NCBI GenBank assembly: GCA_963779275.1
Contig: CAVZXL010000007.1
Location: 522,163 to 586,162, forward strand
Direction of reading: 5' to 3'
Length of the DNA stretch: 64,000 bases
Origin: Terriglobia bacterium
Lineage (GTDB): Bacteria > Acidobacteriota > Terriglobia > Acidiferrales > UBA7541
In this document: piece by piece, positions 39,379 to 49,024 of the stretch
How the letters are laid out: each line of letters begins with the position of its first letter
How positions within the stretch are numbered: position 1 is the stretch's first letter
The notes under the pieces: model-generated
Told to the model about the DNA's origin: nothing
The model's database searches: none
What the model saw: the letters and a program-made list of their open reading frames with translations, nothing else
Translations under genes and position numbers: made by a program

Positions 39379-40337
39379 CGGCATCGAAGCGCAATTCCAA
39401 TCGCCGCCTGCTGGCGGGCTTGTTCTCCTTTGTCTTTCTTACTTTTCTATTGCATACATCCGCGCGCGCCCAGGACCAGCCCTCCGGCGCCATACGCATG
39501 AACGTCAATCTAGTCGATCTGGACGCGACAGTGAAGTCCAAGGACGGCCGCATCATGGACGGACTGAAAAAAGAAGACTTCGAGGTTCGCGAGGACGGCA
39601 CTCAAAAGAAAATCGAACTGTTCAGCCGCGACGAACTGCCCCTGCGCGTTGCCCTGGTCCTCGATCTGAGCGATTCCATTGAACCCTTTCTCTCCCCCTT
39701 GCGCGACGCCGCAACCACCACCTTGGCCGCCCTCAAGCCCGAGGACGAAGTCGCTCTGTTCACGTTTTCCACCGAAGCGCAACTTAGCGTGCCGCTCACC
39801 CAGGACAAAACAAAAATCGCCGACCAGATCAGCAATTTCCACACGGGAGGCGCCACCAACATCAACGACGGCATCTACGTGGCCTCTGAGTACTTGCTCA
39901 AGAATGCTCCCAAGGGCCGCCGCGTCATCATCCTCATCAGCGACGACGTCGGCACCGACGCCGGCGGACAAGGCACGCGGGACATCGTCACCGAAACGAT
40001 TGCCGCCGACGCCTCCGTCTATAACCTGAAAATTCCCGGATACAATCCGCCCGGCACGCTCTTCTACTCCGGCATGATTCCGGGTTTGGTCGACATTCGC
40101 AAGGTGACCGAGCAGACCGGCGGGGAAATTTTCGATGTTCATGACGTCGCAAATCTCGACGCCGTCTTCCAGGCGCTGATCCATCGTATTAAGACGCGCT
40201 ATACGCTGGGTTACTACACCACCGCAAACGGCGCCGAGGGCAAACCTCACAAGCTGGACGTTCGCCTCGCCCCGTCCTTCGGCAAGAAGGGCCGCGAATA
40301 CACCATCCTCGCCAAGACCAGCTACTATTTCCGGTGA
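39375..40337 (+). CDS. VWA domain protein of the acidobacterial VWFA-related type
   Basis: ATGA overlap with the upstream gene. Signal peptide, then IRMNVNLVDLDATVKSKDGRIMDGLKKEDFEVREDGTQKKI, then a MIDAS-like LVLDLSDSI...GGATNINDGI...IILISDD. The layout resembles TIGR03436-type proteins (identified from memory). Confidence 0.65.
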   Translation: MTASKRNSNRRLLAGLFSFVFLTFLLHTSARAQDQPSGAIRMNVNLVDLDATVKSKDGRIMDGLKKEDFEVREDGTQKKIELFSRDELPLRVALVLDLSDSIEPFLSPLRDAATTTLAALKPEDEVALFTFSTEAQLSVPLTQDKTKIADQISNFHTGGATNINDGIYVASEYLLKNAPKGRRVIILISDDVGTDAGGQGTRDIVTETIAADASVYNLKIPGYNPPGTLFYSGMIPGLVDIRKVTEQTGGEIFDVHDVANLDAVFQALIHRIKTRYTLGYYTTANGAEGKPHKLDVRLAPSFGKKGREYTILAKTSYYFR

Positions 40338-40580
40338 GGCCGCCAGGCTGCCGTTCCTTTTGCTGGAGCGCAATCTTTTCATCCGCCTGAAATACGAAAA
40401 CTCGCGTTTGAGTGTAGAATCGACGCGGATCACATGAGCGCGGGCTTTGTCGCCTGCACTGATTTTCTGAACTGTTTTTCTCCGGCAGTCTTCCAGCTTT
40501 ACCGGCTTCCCCGTCGAAGCGTCTCAATCAGATCCATTCGACGCAGTGGGCGGCGCTCCAGCCCGGAAAGGGACCTTCCA

Positions 40581-42983
40581 ATGGCCGACGTGCACACCAT
40601 GAACCCCATCCGCATCGACGATTCCAATAATCCTCTCTCCCGCGAGGAGCAGCGCAAAATGGACGCCTACTGGCGCGCCGCGAATTATCTCTCCGTGGGG
40701 CAGATCTATCTCTATGCCAACGCCATGCTCCGCGAGCCGCTGACCATCAAACACATCAAGCCGCGCCTGCTCGGCCATTGGGGCACCACGCCGGGCCTCA
40801 ATTTCATCTACGTCCATTTCAACCGCCTGATCCGCAAATTCGAATTGAACGCGATTTACGTCGCAGGCCCCGGCCACGGCGGCCCCGGCCTTGTGGCCAA
40901 CACCTATCTGGAAGGCACCTACACCGAGTTCTACCCGAACATCGCGCAATCCGAAGAAGGCATGAACCGGCTCTTCAAGCAGTTTTCTTTCCCCGGAGGA
41001 ATCCCCAGCCACGTCGCTCCCGAAACGCCGGGATCGATTCACGAGGGCGGGGAATTGGGCTACTCCATCGCGCACGCCTATGGCGCCGCGTACGACAATC
41101 CCGATCTGCTGGTCTGCTGCGTGGTCGGCGACGGCGAAGCCGAAACCGGCGCCCTCGCCGCCAGCTGGCACTCCAACAAATTCCTGAATCCCGCCCGCGA
41201 CGGCGCTGTCCTCCCGATCCTCCACTTGAACGGCTATAAAATCGCGAATCCCACCGTCCTCGGCCGCATGAGCGACGCCGAACTCGCACAACTTTTCGCC
41301 GGCTATGGATATGCGCCGTACTTCGTCGAAGGTCACGACCCGGAAGTTATGCATCCGCTGATGGCCGCAACGCTCGACGCCATCGTCGCCGAAATCCGCG
41401 CCATCCAGCACAGGGCGCGCCTGCAGGGAAACACGGAACGCCCCCTCTGGCCCATGATCGTCATGCGAACTCCCAAAGGCTGGACCGGGCCGAAATTCGT
41501 CGATGGCAAGCCCGTCGAAAACACCTGGCGCGCCCATCAGGTGCCGCTCTCCGAGCTTGCCTCAAAACCCGAACACATTCAGCAGCTCGAAGACTGGATG
41601 AAAAGCTACCGCCCCGGTGAATTATTTGATCCCAGCGGAAAGCTGATCGCCGAATTCGCCGACCTCGCGCCCAAAGGCGCGCGCCGCATGGGCGCAAATC
41701 CCCACGCCAACGGAGGAATTCTGCTCCGGGAACTTGTTATGCCCGATTTCCGCGAATATCAAGTCCACGTGGTGAAGCCGGGCAACGCGATTGCCGAAGC
41801 CACTCGCGAACTCGGAAAATTCCTTCGCGACGTCATGCGCCTGAATGCCGACGCCAAAAATTTCCGCGTCTTCGGCCCCGACGAAACCGAATCCAACCGC
41901 CTCACCTCGATTTTTGAAGCCACCGGAAAAGTCTTGATGGAGCCCTTGCTGCCTACCGACGAGAATCTTTCCCGCGACGGCCGCGTGATGGAAGTCCTCA
42001 GCGAGCATATGTGCCAGGGATGGCTCGAAGGATACCTGCTCACCGGCCGCCATGGATTTTTCTCCTGCTACGAGGCCTTCATCCACATCGTCGATTCCAT
42101 GTTCAACCAGCACGCCAAATGGCTGAAGGTCACGAACGATATTCCCTGGCGCCGTCCCATCGCCTCGCTCAATTATCTGCTGACCTCCCACGTCTGGCGT
42201 CAGGATCACAACGGTTTCACGCATCAGGACCCCGGCTTTATCGACCTAGTTGTGAACAAAAAAGCCGACGTGGTTCGCGTCTACTTGCCGCCCGATACCA
42301 ATACGCTGCTCTCGGTCGCCGATCACTGCCTGCGCAGCCGCCATTACGTGAACGTCATCGTCGCCGGCAAACAGCCCGCACTGCAGTACCTGGACATGCC
42401 CTCCGCGATCCAGCATTGCTCCGCTGGCATCGGCATCTGGAATTGGGCCAGCAACGACCAGGGCGCCGAACCCGACGTCGTCGTCGCCAGCGCCGGAGAC
42501 ATCCCCACACTCGAAGCGCTGGCTGCTGTCGACCTGCTGCGCCAGCATTTCCCCGACCTGCGCATCCGCTTCGTCAACGTCGTGGACCTGATGACGCTGC
42601 AACCGACAAGCGAGCATCCCCATGGCCTGCCCGACGCCGAATTCGATTCCATTTTCACTACTGACAAACCCATCATCTTCGCGTATCACGGCTATCCGTG
42701 GCTCATCCACCGCCTCACCTATCGCCGCACCAATCACGAAAATCTCCACGTCCGCGGCTACAAGGAAGAGGGCACCACGACCACGCCCTTCGACATGACC
42801 GTGATGAACGACATGGACCGCTTTCACCTCGCCGCCGACATTGTCGATCGCGTCCCGCGCCTGCAGCGCGTTGGCGCGCACTTCAAACAATTCCTCCGCG
42901 ACAAACTCATCGACCACAAGCAATACATCCACGAATTCGGCGACGACATGCCCGAAATCAAGGATTGGAAGTGGCCGTATTAG
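40581..42983 (+). CDS. xfp: Xylulose-5-phosphate/fructose-6-phosphate phosphoketolase
   Basis: Uninterrupted. [61 protein letters not shown]. Start taken at ATG 40581 (the ORF track opens at 40434). Confidence 0.9.
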   Translation: MADVHTMNPIRIDDSNNPLSREEQRKMDAYWRAANYLSVGQIYLYANAMLREPLTIKHIKPRLLGHWGTTPGLNFIYVHFNRLIRKFELNAIYVAGPGHGGPGLVANTYLEGTYTEFYPNIAQSEEGMNRLFKQFSFPGGIPSHVAPETPGSIHEGGELGYSIAHAYGAAYDNPDLLVCCVVGDGEAETGALAASWHSNKFLNPARDGAVLPILHLNGYKIANPTVLGRMSDAELAQLFAGYGYAPYFVEGHDPEVMHPLMAATLDAIVAEIRAIQHRARLQGNTERPLWPMIVMRTPKGWTGPKFVDGKPVENTWRAHQVPLSELASKPEHIQQLEDWMKSYRPGELFDPSGKLIAEFADLAPKGARRMGANPHANGGILLRELVMPDFREYQVHVVKPGNAIAEATRELGKFLRDVMRLNADAKNFRVFGPDETESNRLTSIFEATGKVLMEPLLPTDENLSRDGRVMEVLSEHMCQGWLEGYLLTGRHGFFSCYEAFIHIVDSMFNQHAKWLKVTNDIPWRRPIASLNYLLTSHVWRQDHNGFTHQDPGFIDLVVNKKADVVRVYLPPDTNTLLSVADHCLRSRHYVNVIVAGKQPALQYLDMPSAIQHCSAGIGIWNWASNDQGAEPDVVVASAGDIPTLEALAAVDLLRQHFPDLRIRFVNVVDLMTLQPTSEHPHGLPDAEFDSIFTTDKPIIFAYHGYPWLIHRLTYRRTNHENLHVRGYKEEGTTTTPFDMTVMNDMDRFHLAADIVDRVPRLQRVGAHFKQFLRDKLIDHKQYIHEFGDDMPEIKDWKWPY

Positions 42984-43108
42984 CGCGCGATTTGTGATTT
43001 GCACTTCGTAATCTGTGACTGTTGACTAGCGACTCGTTCCTAGTGACTGGTGACCAGCGACTGGTTGCTAATCACCGGCAAGTGGTGAACCCGCTCCCGC
43101 ATCTCTCA

Positions 43109-43195
43109 GGCGCTGAAAGCGCCGTGGGTGACCAGCCCAGGGCAACGCCCTGGGTCACGGCACCCACCCATTGAGGCGCGCCCTGAAGGGGCGCG
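43109..43195. repeat. Three consecutive GC hairpins (GGCGCTGAAAGCGCC; GTGACC..CCCAGGGCAACGCCCTGGGTCAC; CGCGCCCTGAAGGGGCGCG)
   Basis: Inverted repeats read directly at 43109..43123, 43128..43158 and 43177..43195, between xfp and the sulfite-dehydrogenase genes. Confidence 0.6.
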
Positions 43196-43393
43196 AGGAT
43201 CTTGAGTCCTGCGCGAACCAACAGGAAGACATTCTTACGCAGCCCACGAACAATAGCCGCCCTTCAAGTGTCCCCGGCACGGCACAGCGCGGATAAAATG
43301 GCAATCCCCCTGGATTCCGAACGGATGTATACTCTGGAAGCTGATCAAGTCGAAAAACAAGTTCCATGCAAATTTATCTGCAAAGGAGCTCCC

Positions 43394-44635
43394 ATGGAAT
43401 CCAAACCATCTGGACGCAGGAAATTCCTGAAAAATACCGCCGCGCTCATCGGCGCAGCCGCAGCGGGAGTGCGCCCGGCCGGCGCGCAGGCTCCCGCGCC
43501 GGACATGGACATGCCGGACCTCGAGGCGTTGATCTCCTACGGCCAGCGCTCGTCGTTCGTGAAGTCACACCGCATCTCGGTGATGGAGCGAATGTCGCCG
43601 GACGAATTTGGAATGACGTTTCACGTATTGTCGCCCATCCAGGATTCGGTTGGAATCATTACACCATCGTCCCTGCACTATATTTCCACCCACCGCGGCT
43701 CCTACGTTCCCAACATCGATCCCCAGGAACACCGGCTTCTAATCCACGGGATGGTGGACCGGCCGCTGATTTTCTCGGTGGATGAAATCAAGCGCTTTCC
43801 TTTCGTAACCCGCCCGCTTTTTCTCGAGTGCCTGGGGAATCGCGCGAAACCCTCCCACAAAACCGTGCAGGAGACCCACGGCTTGACCAGTTGCTCGGAA
43901 TGGACGGGCGTGCCCCTGTCCATTTTGCTCAATGAGGCCGGTGTGCAAAGCGGCGCCGCTTTCATCGTGGCCGAAGGAGCCGAGACGGTAAAGGGAGCCA
44001 CGAGTATTCCCATCGGCAAGGCCATGGACGATTGTCTGGTGGCCTATGGCCAGAATGGTGAGGCTTTGCGGCCCCAGCAGGGCTTTCCGATCCGGCTGAT
44101 GGTCCCCGGATTTGAAGGCATGCACAACGTAAAATATCTGCGCCGAATCAAGGTCGTCGAGAAGGACTACATGACCTACAACGATTACGGACATATCGTC
44201 CCCGATGCCCGCGTCGCCGCCCTCACCCGCCAGATTGGACCGAAATCGGTAATCACATTTCCTTCCGGTGAGCAGAAGCTGCCCGGCCCCGGCTTCTACG
44301 AAATCACGGGCCTTGCCTGGTCGGGCTCGGGAGCCATTCGCAACGTGGAAATCTCCACCGACGCCGGGCAGTCCTGGAAACTTGCCGAGCTTCGCACACC
44401 GTCCTATTCCATGGCGCATACGCGGTTTGCTTTCCCCTGGACCTGGGACGGCAAGGAATGCGTGATCATGTCACGATGCACGGACGAACTGGGCACCCGG
44501 CAACCCACGCGCGCCGAGTCCGCGAAATACTTTGACAAGCCGGACAACGCCGATTTCCGCGCGCCCGGAGCCGACAATACAGTGTTTCCGTGGCGCATCG
44601 CCGCCGATGGGAGCGTGCACAATGGAATGGCGTAA
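43394..44635 (+). CDS. Sulfite oxidase-family molybdopterin subunit (SorA/SoxC-like), Tat-exported
   Basis: AAAGGAG RBS, then MESKPSGRRKFLKNTAALIGAAAAG (twin-arginine). Uninterrupted, with a Moco-domain and dimerisation-domain pattern (HGMVDRPLIFSVDEIKRFP, FLECLGNR, GFPIRLMVPGFEGMHNVKYLRRI). Confidence 0.7.
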   Translation: MESKPSGRRKFLKNTAALIGAAAAGVRPAGAQAPAPDMDMPDLEALISYGQRSSFVKSHRISVMERMSPDEFGMTFHVLSPIQDSVGIITPSSLHYISTHRGSYVPNIDPQEHRLLIHGMVDRPLIFSVDEIKRFPFVTRPLFLECLGNRAKPSHKTVQETHGLTSCSEWTGVPLSILLNEAGVQSGAAFIVAEGAETVKGATSIPIGKAMDDCLVAYGQNGEALRPQQGFPIRLMVPGFEGMHNVKYLRRIKVVEKDYMTYNDYGHIVPDARVAALTRQIGPKSVITFPSGEQKLPGPGFYEITGLAWSGSGAIRNVEISTDAGQSWKLAELRTPSYSMAHTRFAFPWTWDGKECVIMSRCTDELGTRQPTRAESAKYFDKPDNADFRAPGADNTVFPWRIAADGSVHNGMA

Positions 44636-45206
44636 GCTGATCTTGCTGGTCGCAGTCATGACCCTCGCCCAATTGGCGAAGGCACAGTCTCCCAAATACG
44701 GCGTCGGGCGAACGCCCACACCGGAAGAAATTCGTGCCTTGGACATCTCGATTGGCCCCGATGGAAAGGAACTTCCCCCCGGTCACGGAACAGCCGCCGA
44801 GGGCGCCAAACTTTTTCGTGAGAAACAGTGTGTCGTCTGTCACGGCAGCACCGGTTCGGGCGGTCCGGCTCCAACCCTGATCAAGAGCGATGGAACCAAA
44901 AAATCCAAATACCCATGCCTCGTCCCGTGCGTGGACGATTCCCTGGTGATGTCGCTGCATGCCCAGTACGCCACCACCATGTGGGATTACATCAACCGCG
45001 CCATGCCCCTCAACCAGCAGGGGACGCTCAAGCCCGACGAGGTCTACTCTCTGGTCGCCTTCTTACTCTTCAAGAACGGCGTCATCCCGGAAACCCAGGT
45101 CATGGATCCCCAGACCTTGCCGAAGGTGAACATGCCGAACCGCGATCACGTCGCCCCGACTCCCGCATGGAAGCACGCCGCGCCCAGGCTCGCCGGCTAC
45201 CCCTGA
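44622..45206 (+). CDS. c-type cytochrome partner subunit (SorB/SoxD-like)
   Basis: Signal peptide, one CVVCH haem site, and ATTMWDYINRAMPLNQQGTLKPDEVYSLVAFLL. It overlaps the upstream gene by 14 nt. Confidence 0.65.
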   Translation: MEWRKLILLVAVMTLAQLAKAQSPKYGVGRTPTPEEIRALDISIGPDGKELPPGHGTAAEGAKLFREKQCVVCHGSTGSGGPAPTLIKSDGTKKSKYPCLVPCVDDSLVMSLHAQYATTMWDYINRAMPLNQQGTLKPDEVYSLVAFLLFKNGVIPETQVMDPQTLPKVNMPNRDHVAPTPAWKHAAPRLAGYP

Positions 45207-45612
45207 TTCCTCGTAACCGGGAGATTCTTGCCGGTAATCCTTGCCGCAGCAACTAGGCTTTGCAACGCCATGTCACAAATTGGTCTGGCAATGCTTTCCA
45301 TTGAGGATCGCTGAGCTCTGCGGCACTTCTTTAGCACTTAAACAAGTTCTTGTGTTGGCTTAATTGGCACAAGCGAACGAAATCGGCTCATTCAAAAAGT
45401 CTCTGAGCAAGTGTTGCATCGACCGGTTGAAGCGGCACCGTTTCACGGGAGTTGGCTCTTACTTGTCGGAGGTTGGGCTGCTGCTGGCGAGAACAACACC
45501 GACTCCGACGGCCGCGTGACGACGAGGACCGCGGCCCGTTCCTCCGTCCTGTTGCTCCGCGACAAGGGACGAAGCGTCGGCTAAACTGGTTTCTCGACCT
45601 GGGATTCCCAAC

Positions 45613-46341
45613 GTGAAGAAGTGGCAAATATTCGACGTCGGCATAATCGCGGCTCTCGCACTCTGGTTCTTTCCTCTCTACCAGAACGTGATCGCAGGGG
45701 CGGCAGCGATTCTCGTTGTCGGTATTGTCGGGTTCGGGTTCTGGCTTCGTCCCCGCAGAGACATTTTCCACGTGCGCACAACCGTGTGGCGCGTGGATGG
45801 TGACGGCAAACTCGCGTGCGAACACGAGCAACTCGCCGTGAAAATTGAGATTGCACGGTTGTGGCTCTTGTTTGTGCCCACGGCCCTCGCGGTGACATTC
45901 CTGGTCGTGACGGCAGCCTACGGGACTCTCTGGAATATCGGCGTATTTGACTGGATTCCGCTCGGCTACGGACCGTTAGTGGTCAACTGGTTTACCTTGG
46001 TGCTGGTAATTGGTCCACTCTACGTCTGGGTGAATGAACGGCGCGTTCTGCGGGAGGCAGAGGCTGCAAGTGCCCAATCGGTTTCTACCGGCGGCAAGCG
46101 CGTGGGCTATGTGTTCCTCGATAGCACCGGTACAAAGTACGCCGGTGAGGGGATCTATTTCGGACTTGTGAAATCGCAGGTGCTTGCGTCGCTCGTGTTC
46201 TACGCCGTGGGGAATCCCGACCTTAACAGGATCGGGATGCGCCTCTTATTTCACCGGCCGGTCGTCATCGGACGTGGCCTCACGGACTTCGACAAGGATA
46301 CCGTCGCGGCGAGATCAGTATTGCCTCAAACCACTTCGTAG
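45613..46341 (+). CDS. Hypothetical membrane protein (about 4 TM), GTG start, in a lower-GC patch
   Basis: Uninterrupted 242-aa ORF with hydrophobic segments IIAALALWFFPLY, AAAILVVGIVGFGFWL, LWLLFVPTALAVTFLVV, LVVNWFTLVLVIGPLYVWV. No family recognised. Confidence 0.5.
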   Translation: MKKWQIFDVGIIAALALWFFPLYQNVIAGAAAILVVGIVGFGFWLRPRRDIFHVRTTVWRVDGDGKLACEHEQLAVKIEIARLWLLFVPTALAVTFLVVTAAYGTLWNIGVFDWIPLGYGPLVVNWFTLVLVIGPLYVWVNERRVLREAEAASAQSVSTGGKRVGYVFLDSTGTKYAGEGIYFGLVKSQVLASLVFYAVGNPDLNRIGMRLLFHRPVVIGRGLTDFDKDTVAARSVLPQTTS

Positions 46342-46661
46342 CAACTCCTGGGAAACGACAAAACGATTCTCATGTGCGTGGGGATTCGATCATGCAAAAA
46401 GCCACGAGTTATTGCTTAGGCTGCCAGCCTTGTAACCACGCGCCCCGTGATCGATCCCAAGGCTTGTGAAGTCGTTTTCTCGGAATGTGGGGCTCCGCGC
46501 CCGCATCCCCTCTCCGGAGCATCCCGTCTTTAGCTGCCCCCACGCACCCAGCCTCTCAACTAAACGAACCCCCCAGCCGATTCCATGAATTGGCTTATAA
46601 TTTGCCCTTGCTCCAAGCGCCCATTCCCGAGGGAAGCGTATTCCATGCGGATACAAACTCG

Positions 46662-47906
46662 ATGAACATCCTCGTCCTCAATGCCGGCAGTTCCAGCCTG
46701 AAATTCCAAATCGTCGCCACCGATCTCGACCGCATCCGCCGGGATGCCGACGTGCGCCTGCTGCGCGGCGAAGTCGACCGCATCGGCGGAGAAGCCGTCG
46801 TCACTTTCCAAAAAGGCGAAGGCCCCAAGCAGAAACTCACCGCCTCGCTGCGCGATATTTCCGCGGCCCTGGACTACGTCATCCGCTGGATCGCCTCGCC
46901 CGATTCGGGTATCTCCGAGATTCAATCCGTTTCCGATATTTATGCCGTTGGTCACCGCGTGGTTCACGGCGGCGAACTGTTCACCGATTCGGCCATCATT
47001 ACCGACGAAGTGGTGAAGGGAATCGAGAACTGCATCGACCTCGCGCCGCTGCACAATCCGACCAATCTCCGCGGCATCCGCGCCGTCCGCGATTTGCTGG
47101 GCCACCAGATGCCGCAAGTCGCCGTCTTCGACACCGCGTTCCATCACTCGCTCCCTGTTCATGCCTACTTGTATGCGATCCCATACCACTTGTATCTGCG
47201 CTATGGCATCCGCCGTTACGGCTTTCATGGAATTTCGCATCGCTACGTGGCCTACCGCTACCGCACGCTGCGCAATCTGGAAAGGGAGCAAGCCAATCTC
47301 GTGAGCCTGCATCTGGGCAACGGCTGCTCGGCCGCCGCCATTCGCGGCGGAACTTCCGTGGACACCTCCATGGGCATGACCCCGCTCGAAGGCCTCGTCA
47401 TGGGCACGCGTTCCGGCGATGTCGACCCCGCGATCCTCAGCCTCATTGCGTCCAAGGAAGGGCTTTCCCTGCACGAGGTCGAAACCCTGCTCAATAAACA
47501 GTCCGGCCTGCTGGGAATTTCCGGCCTCACCAACGACATGCGCACGCTGCAAAGCGAACTGAGCGAACACGACGACCGCCGCGCGCGCCTGGCCATCGAA
47601 ATTTTCTGCTACCGCGCCAGAAAATATATTGGAGCCTATCTGGCCGCCATGGGCGGCGCCGACGCCATCGTCTTCACCGGAGGAATCGGCGAGAACTCCC
47701 CGGAAATCCGCCGCCGAATCTGCGAGGGCCTGGAATGGGCCGGATTGTCGTTGGACGCGGAGAAAAACAAAGACGCCGTCGGCCGCGAAGAGGTCATCAC
47801 CAGGGAAGGTTCGCGCCTCGCCGTCTACGTGATCCCAACCGACGAGGAACTTCTGATCGCCCGGGACACCGCCCGCTGCATTCTGGGCGAGCCCATTCCT
47901 TCTTGA
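46662..47906 (+). CDS. ackA: Acetate kinase
   Basis: [56 protein letters not shown]; uninterrupted. Confidence 0.9.
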   Translation: MNILVLNAGSSSLKFQIVATDLDRIRRDADVRLLRGEVDRIGGEAVVTFQKGEGPKQKLTASLRDISAALDYVIRWIASPDSGISEIQSVSDIYAVGHRVVHGGELFTDSAIITDEVVKGIENCIDLAPLHNPTNLRGIRAVRDLLGHQMPQVAVFDTAFHHSLPVHAYLYAIPYHLYLRYGIRRYGFHGISHRYVAYRYRTLRNLEREQANLVSLHLGNGCSAAAIRGGTSVDTSMGMTPLEGLVMGTRSGDVDPAILSLIASKEGLSLHEVETLLNKQSGLLGISGLTNDMRTLQSELSEHDDRRARLAIEIFCYRARKYIGAYLAAMGGADAIVFTGGIGENSPEIRRRICEGLEWAGLSLDAEKNKDAVGREEVITREGSRLAVYVIPTDEELLIARDTARCILGEPIPS

Positions 47907-47984
47907 TTCTCACTTCAAATCTAATCTCTGCCGGCGAACCTTCCGGGGTGCGAACCCGCCGGAATGGTCCGCAGCCAGCAAACA

Positions 47985-48265
47985 GGCTGAAGAGTCTGTG
48001 TGAGAACTGCGGAATCCTTGTAGGGCACGGCTTCAGCCGTGCCGTGAAGCGCGCGAAATCAATACGGCTTTAGCCGCTGGCACCTTTGAATTGCAGTTCT
48101 CACACACACTCGGTAGTGTCCAAGTTTGAGGAACAGCCGGTTTTGGGAGGTCGTGACTTCAGCCCCGACGAAAAGTATCGCTGGATGAGGGGTTGTAAAG
48201 CCTGAGGCTTCCGGGGCTAAAGCCCACAACAACCGAAGCGTGAATGTCCGAGCTGAAGCTCGGAC
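47985..48265. repeat. Array of REP-like hairpins, including a nested element bounded by a perfect 13-bp inverted repeat
   Basis: GTGTGAGAACTGC (47998..48010) pairs with GCAGTTCTCACAC (48093..48105) and encloses GGCACGGCTTCAGCCGTGCC and CGGCTTTAGCCG. Further hairpins include TCCGAGCTGAAGCTCGGA near 48250. Confidence 0.65.
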
Positions 48266-48403
48266 CTCCAACTACTCTAAGAAATTTCAAATTAGGACAG
48301 TACCGACCAGGCGGGACCATTGCGCTGCCAGCGGAATGAGAGTCATCCATGTTTTTGCGCGTGGCTTGCCCGTTGAGAAGACCTTGAATTTCCGAGCTTG
48401 AGT

Positions 48404-48868
48404 TTATTCCTGGATTCCAAGTACGCGCGCGAATTCCGCCTGAAGGTCTTTGGTCCGAAAGCCGGGCGATCCGAAGCAGTCCTCACCCTTCACCAGCACG
48501 GGCAGCCACCAGCAGTCGTTTTCGACCGGGAAGAGTTGGAAGATGGAGGCGACGGTTCCCGCCAGCCCTGCCGCCAATTTCTTGCGGTGCGCCGGCGGGA
48601 CCGTGGAATCCAGCAGCAACAGGGCCACCGATCGCTTTATCGCAAATTCGGGCGTGGCGCGCAGCGAAGCAGCGAAAGCGAAGTCGCATCCCAGCTCTTT
48701 GAGCGTCAATTGCAGATGCGCTCCCCAGGACGTGTTTCGGCCGACCATTAAAATTCGCGCTTTGGGTGCCGGGAGGGAGTAGGACGGTGCGGGCCGATAA
48801 TTCGATTTATTTCCGGCTGGGCGCCGGCTGGAAGCAACTCCGGGCGATACTTGCGGAACGCTGGACAT
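48404..48868 (-). CDS. Hypothetical protein (weak receiver-domain-like pattern)
   Basis: 154-aa ORF downstream of the RND pair. ARILMVGRN...LLLLDSTVPP is reminiscent of REC domains, but the protein is too short and divergent to call. Confidence 0.35.
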   Translation of the reverse strand: MSSVPQVSPGVASSRRPAGNKSNYRPAPSYSLPAPKARILMVGRNTSWGAHLQLTLKELGCDFAFAASLRATPEFAIKRSVALLLLDSTVPPAHRKKLAAGLAGTVASIFQLFPVENDCWWLPVLVKGEDCFGSPGFRTKDLQAEFARVLGIQE

Positions 48869-49024
48869 ACAACCCTCCCTGAGTTGCGCCGGGAGAGGGA
48901 AGAAATAGCTAACACTGGCGCAGAAATGACATTACTCAACTACGGAAATCCAGTCAAGGTGAAAAGAAAGGGCTGTGGAAAAATCGGCCGCGTCTTTCCT
49001 TTTCTCGCAAGAGGCGCTTGGCGG

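Noticed and set aside
38175-40337. A genomic island integrated at tRNA-Thr
   Set aside because: No integrase, excisionase or transposase ORF follows the tRNA. I did not spot a direct repeat of the tRNA 3' end downstream. The composition of the two downstream genes looks like the rest of the window. Only the adjacency is noted, under the GGYPG/VWA finding.
45388-45831. A 147-aa - strand ORF overlapping the start of the orphan membrane protein gene
   Set aside because: The translation is Arg/Ser/Pro-rich. It overlaps the better-supported + strand ORF and extends into non-coding AT-richer DNA, with no start context or recognisable motif.
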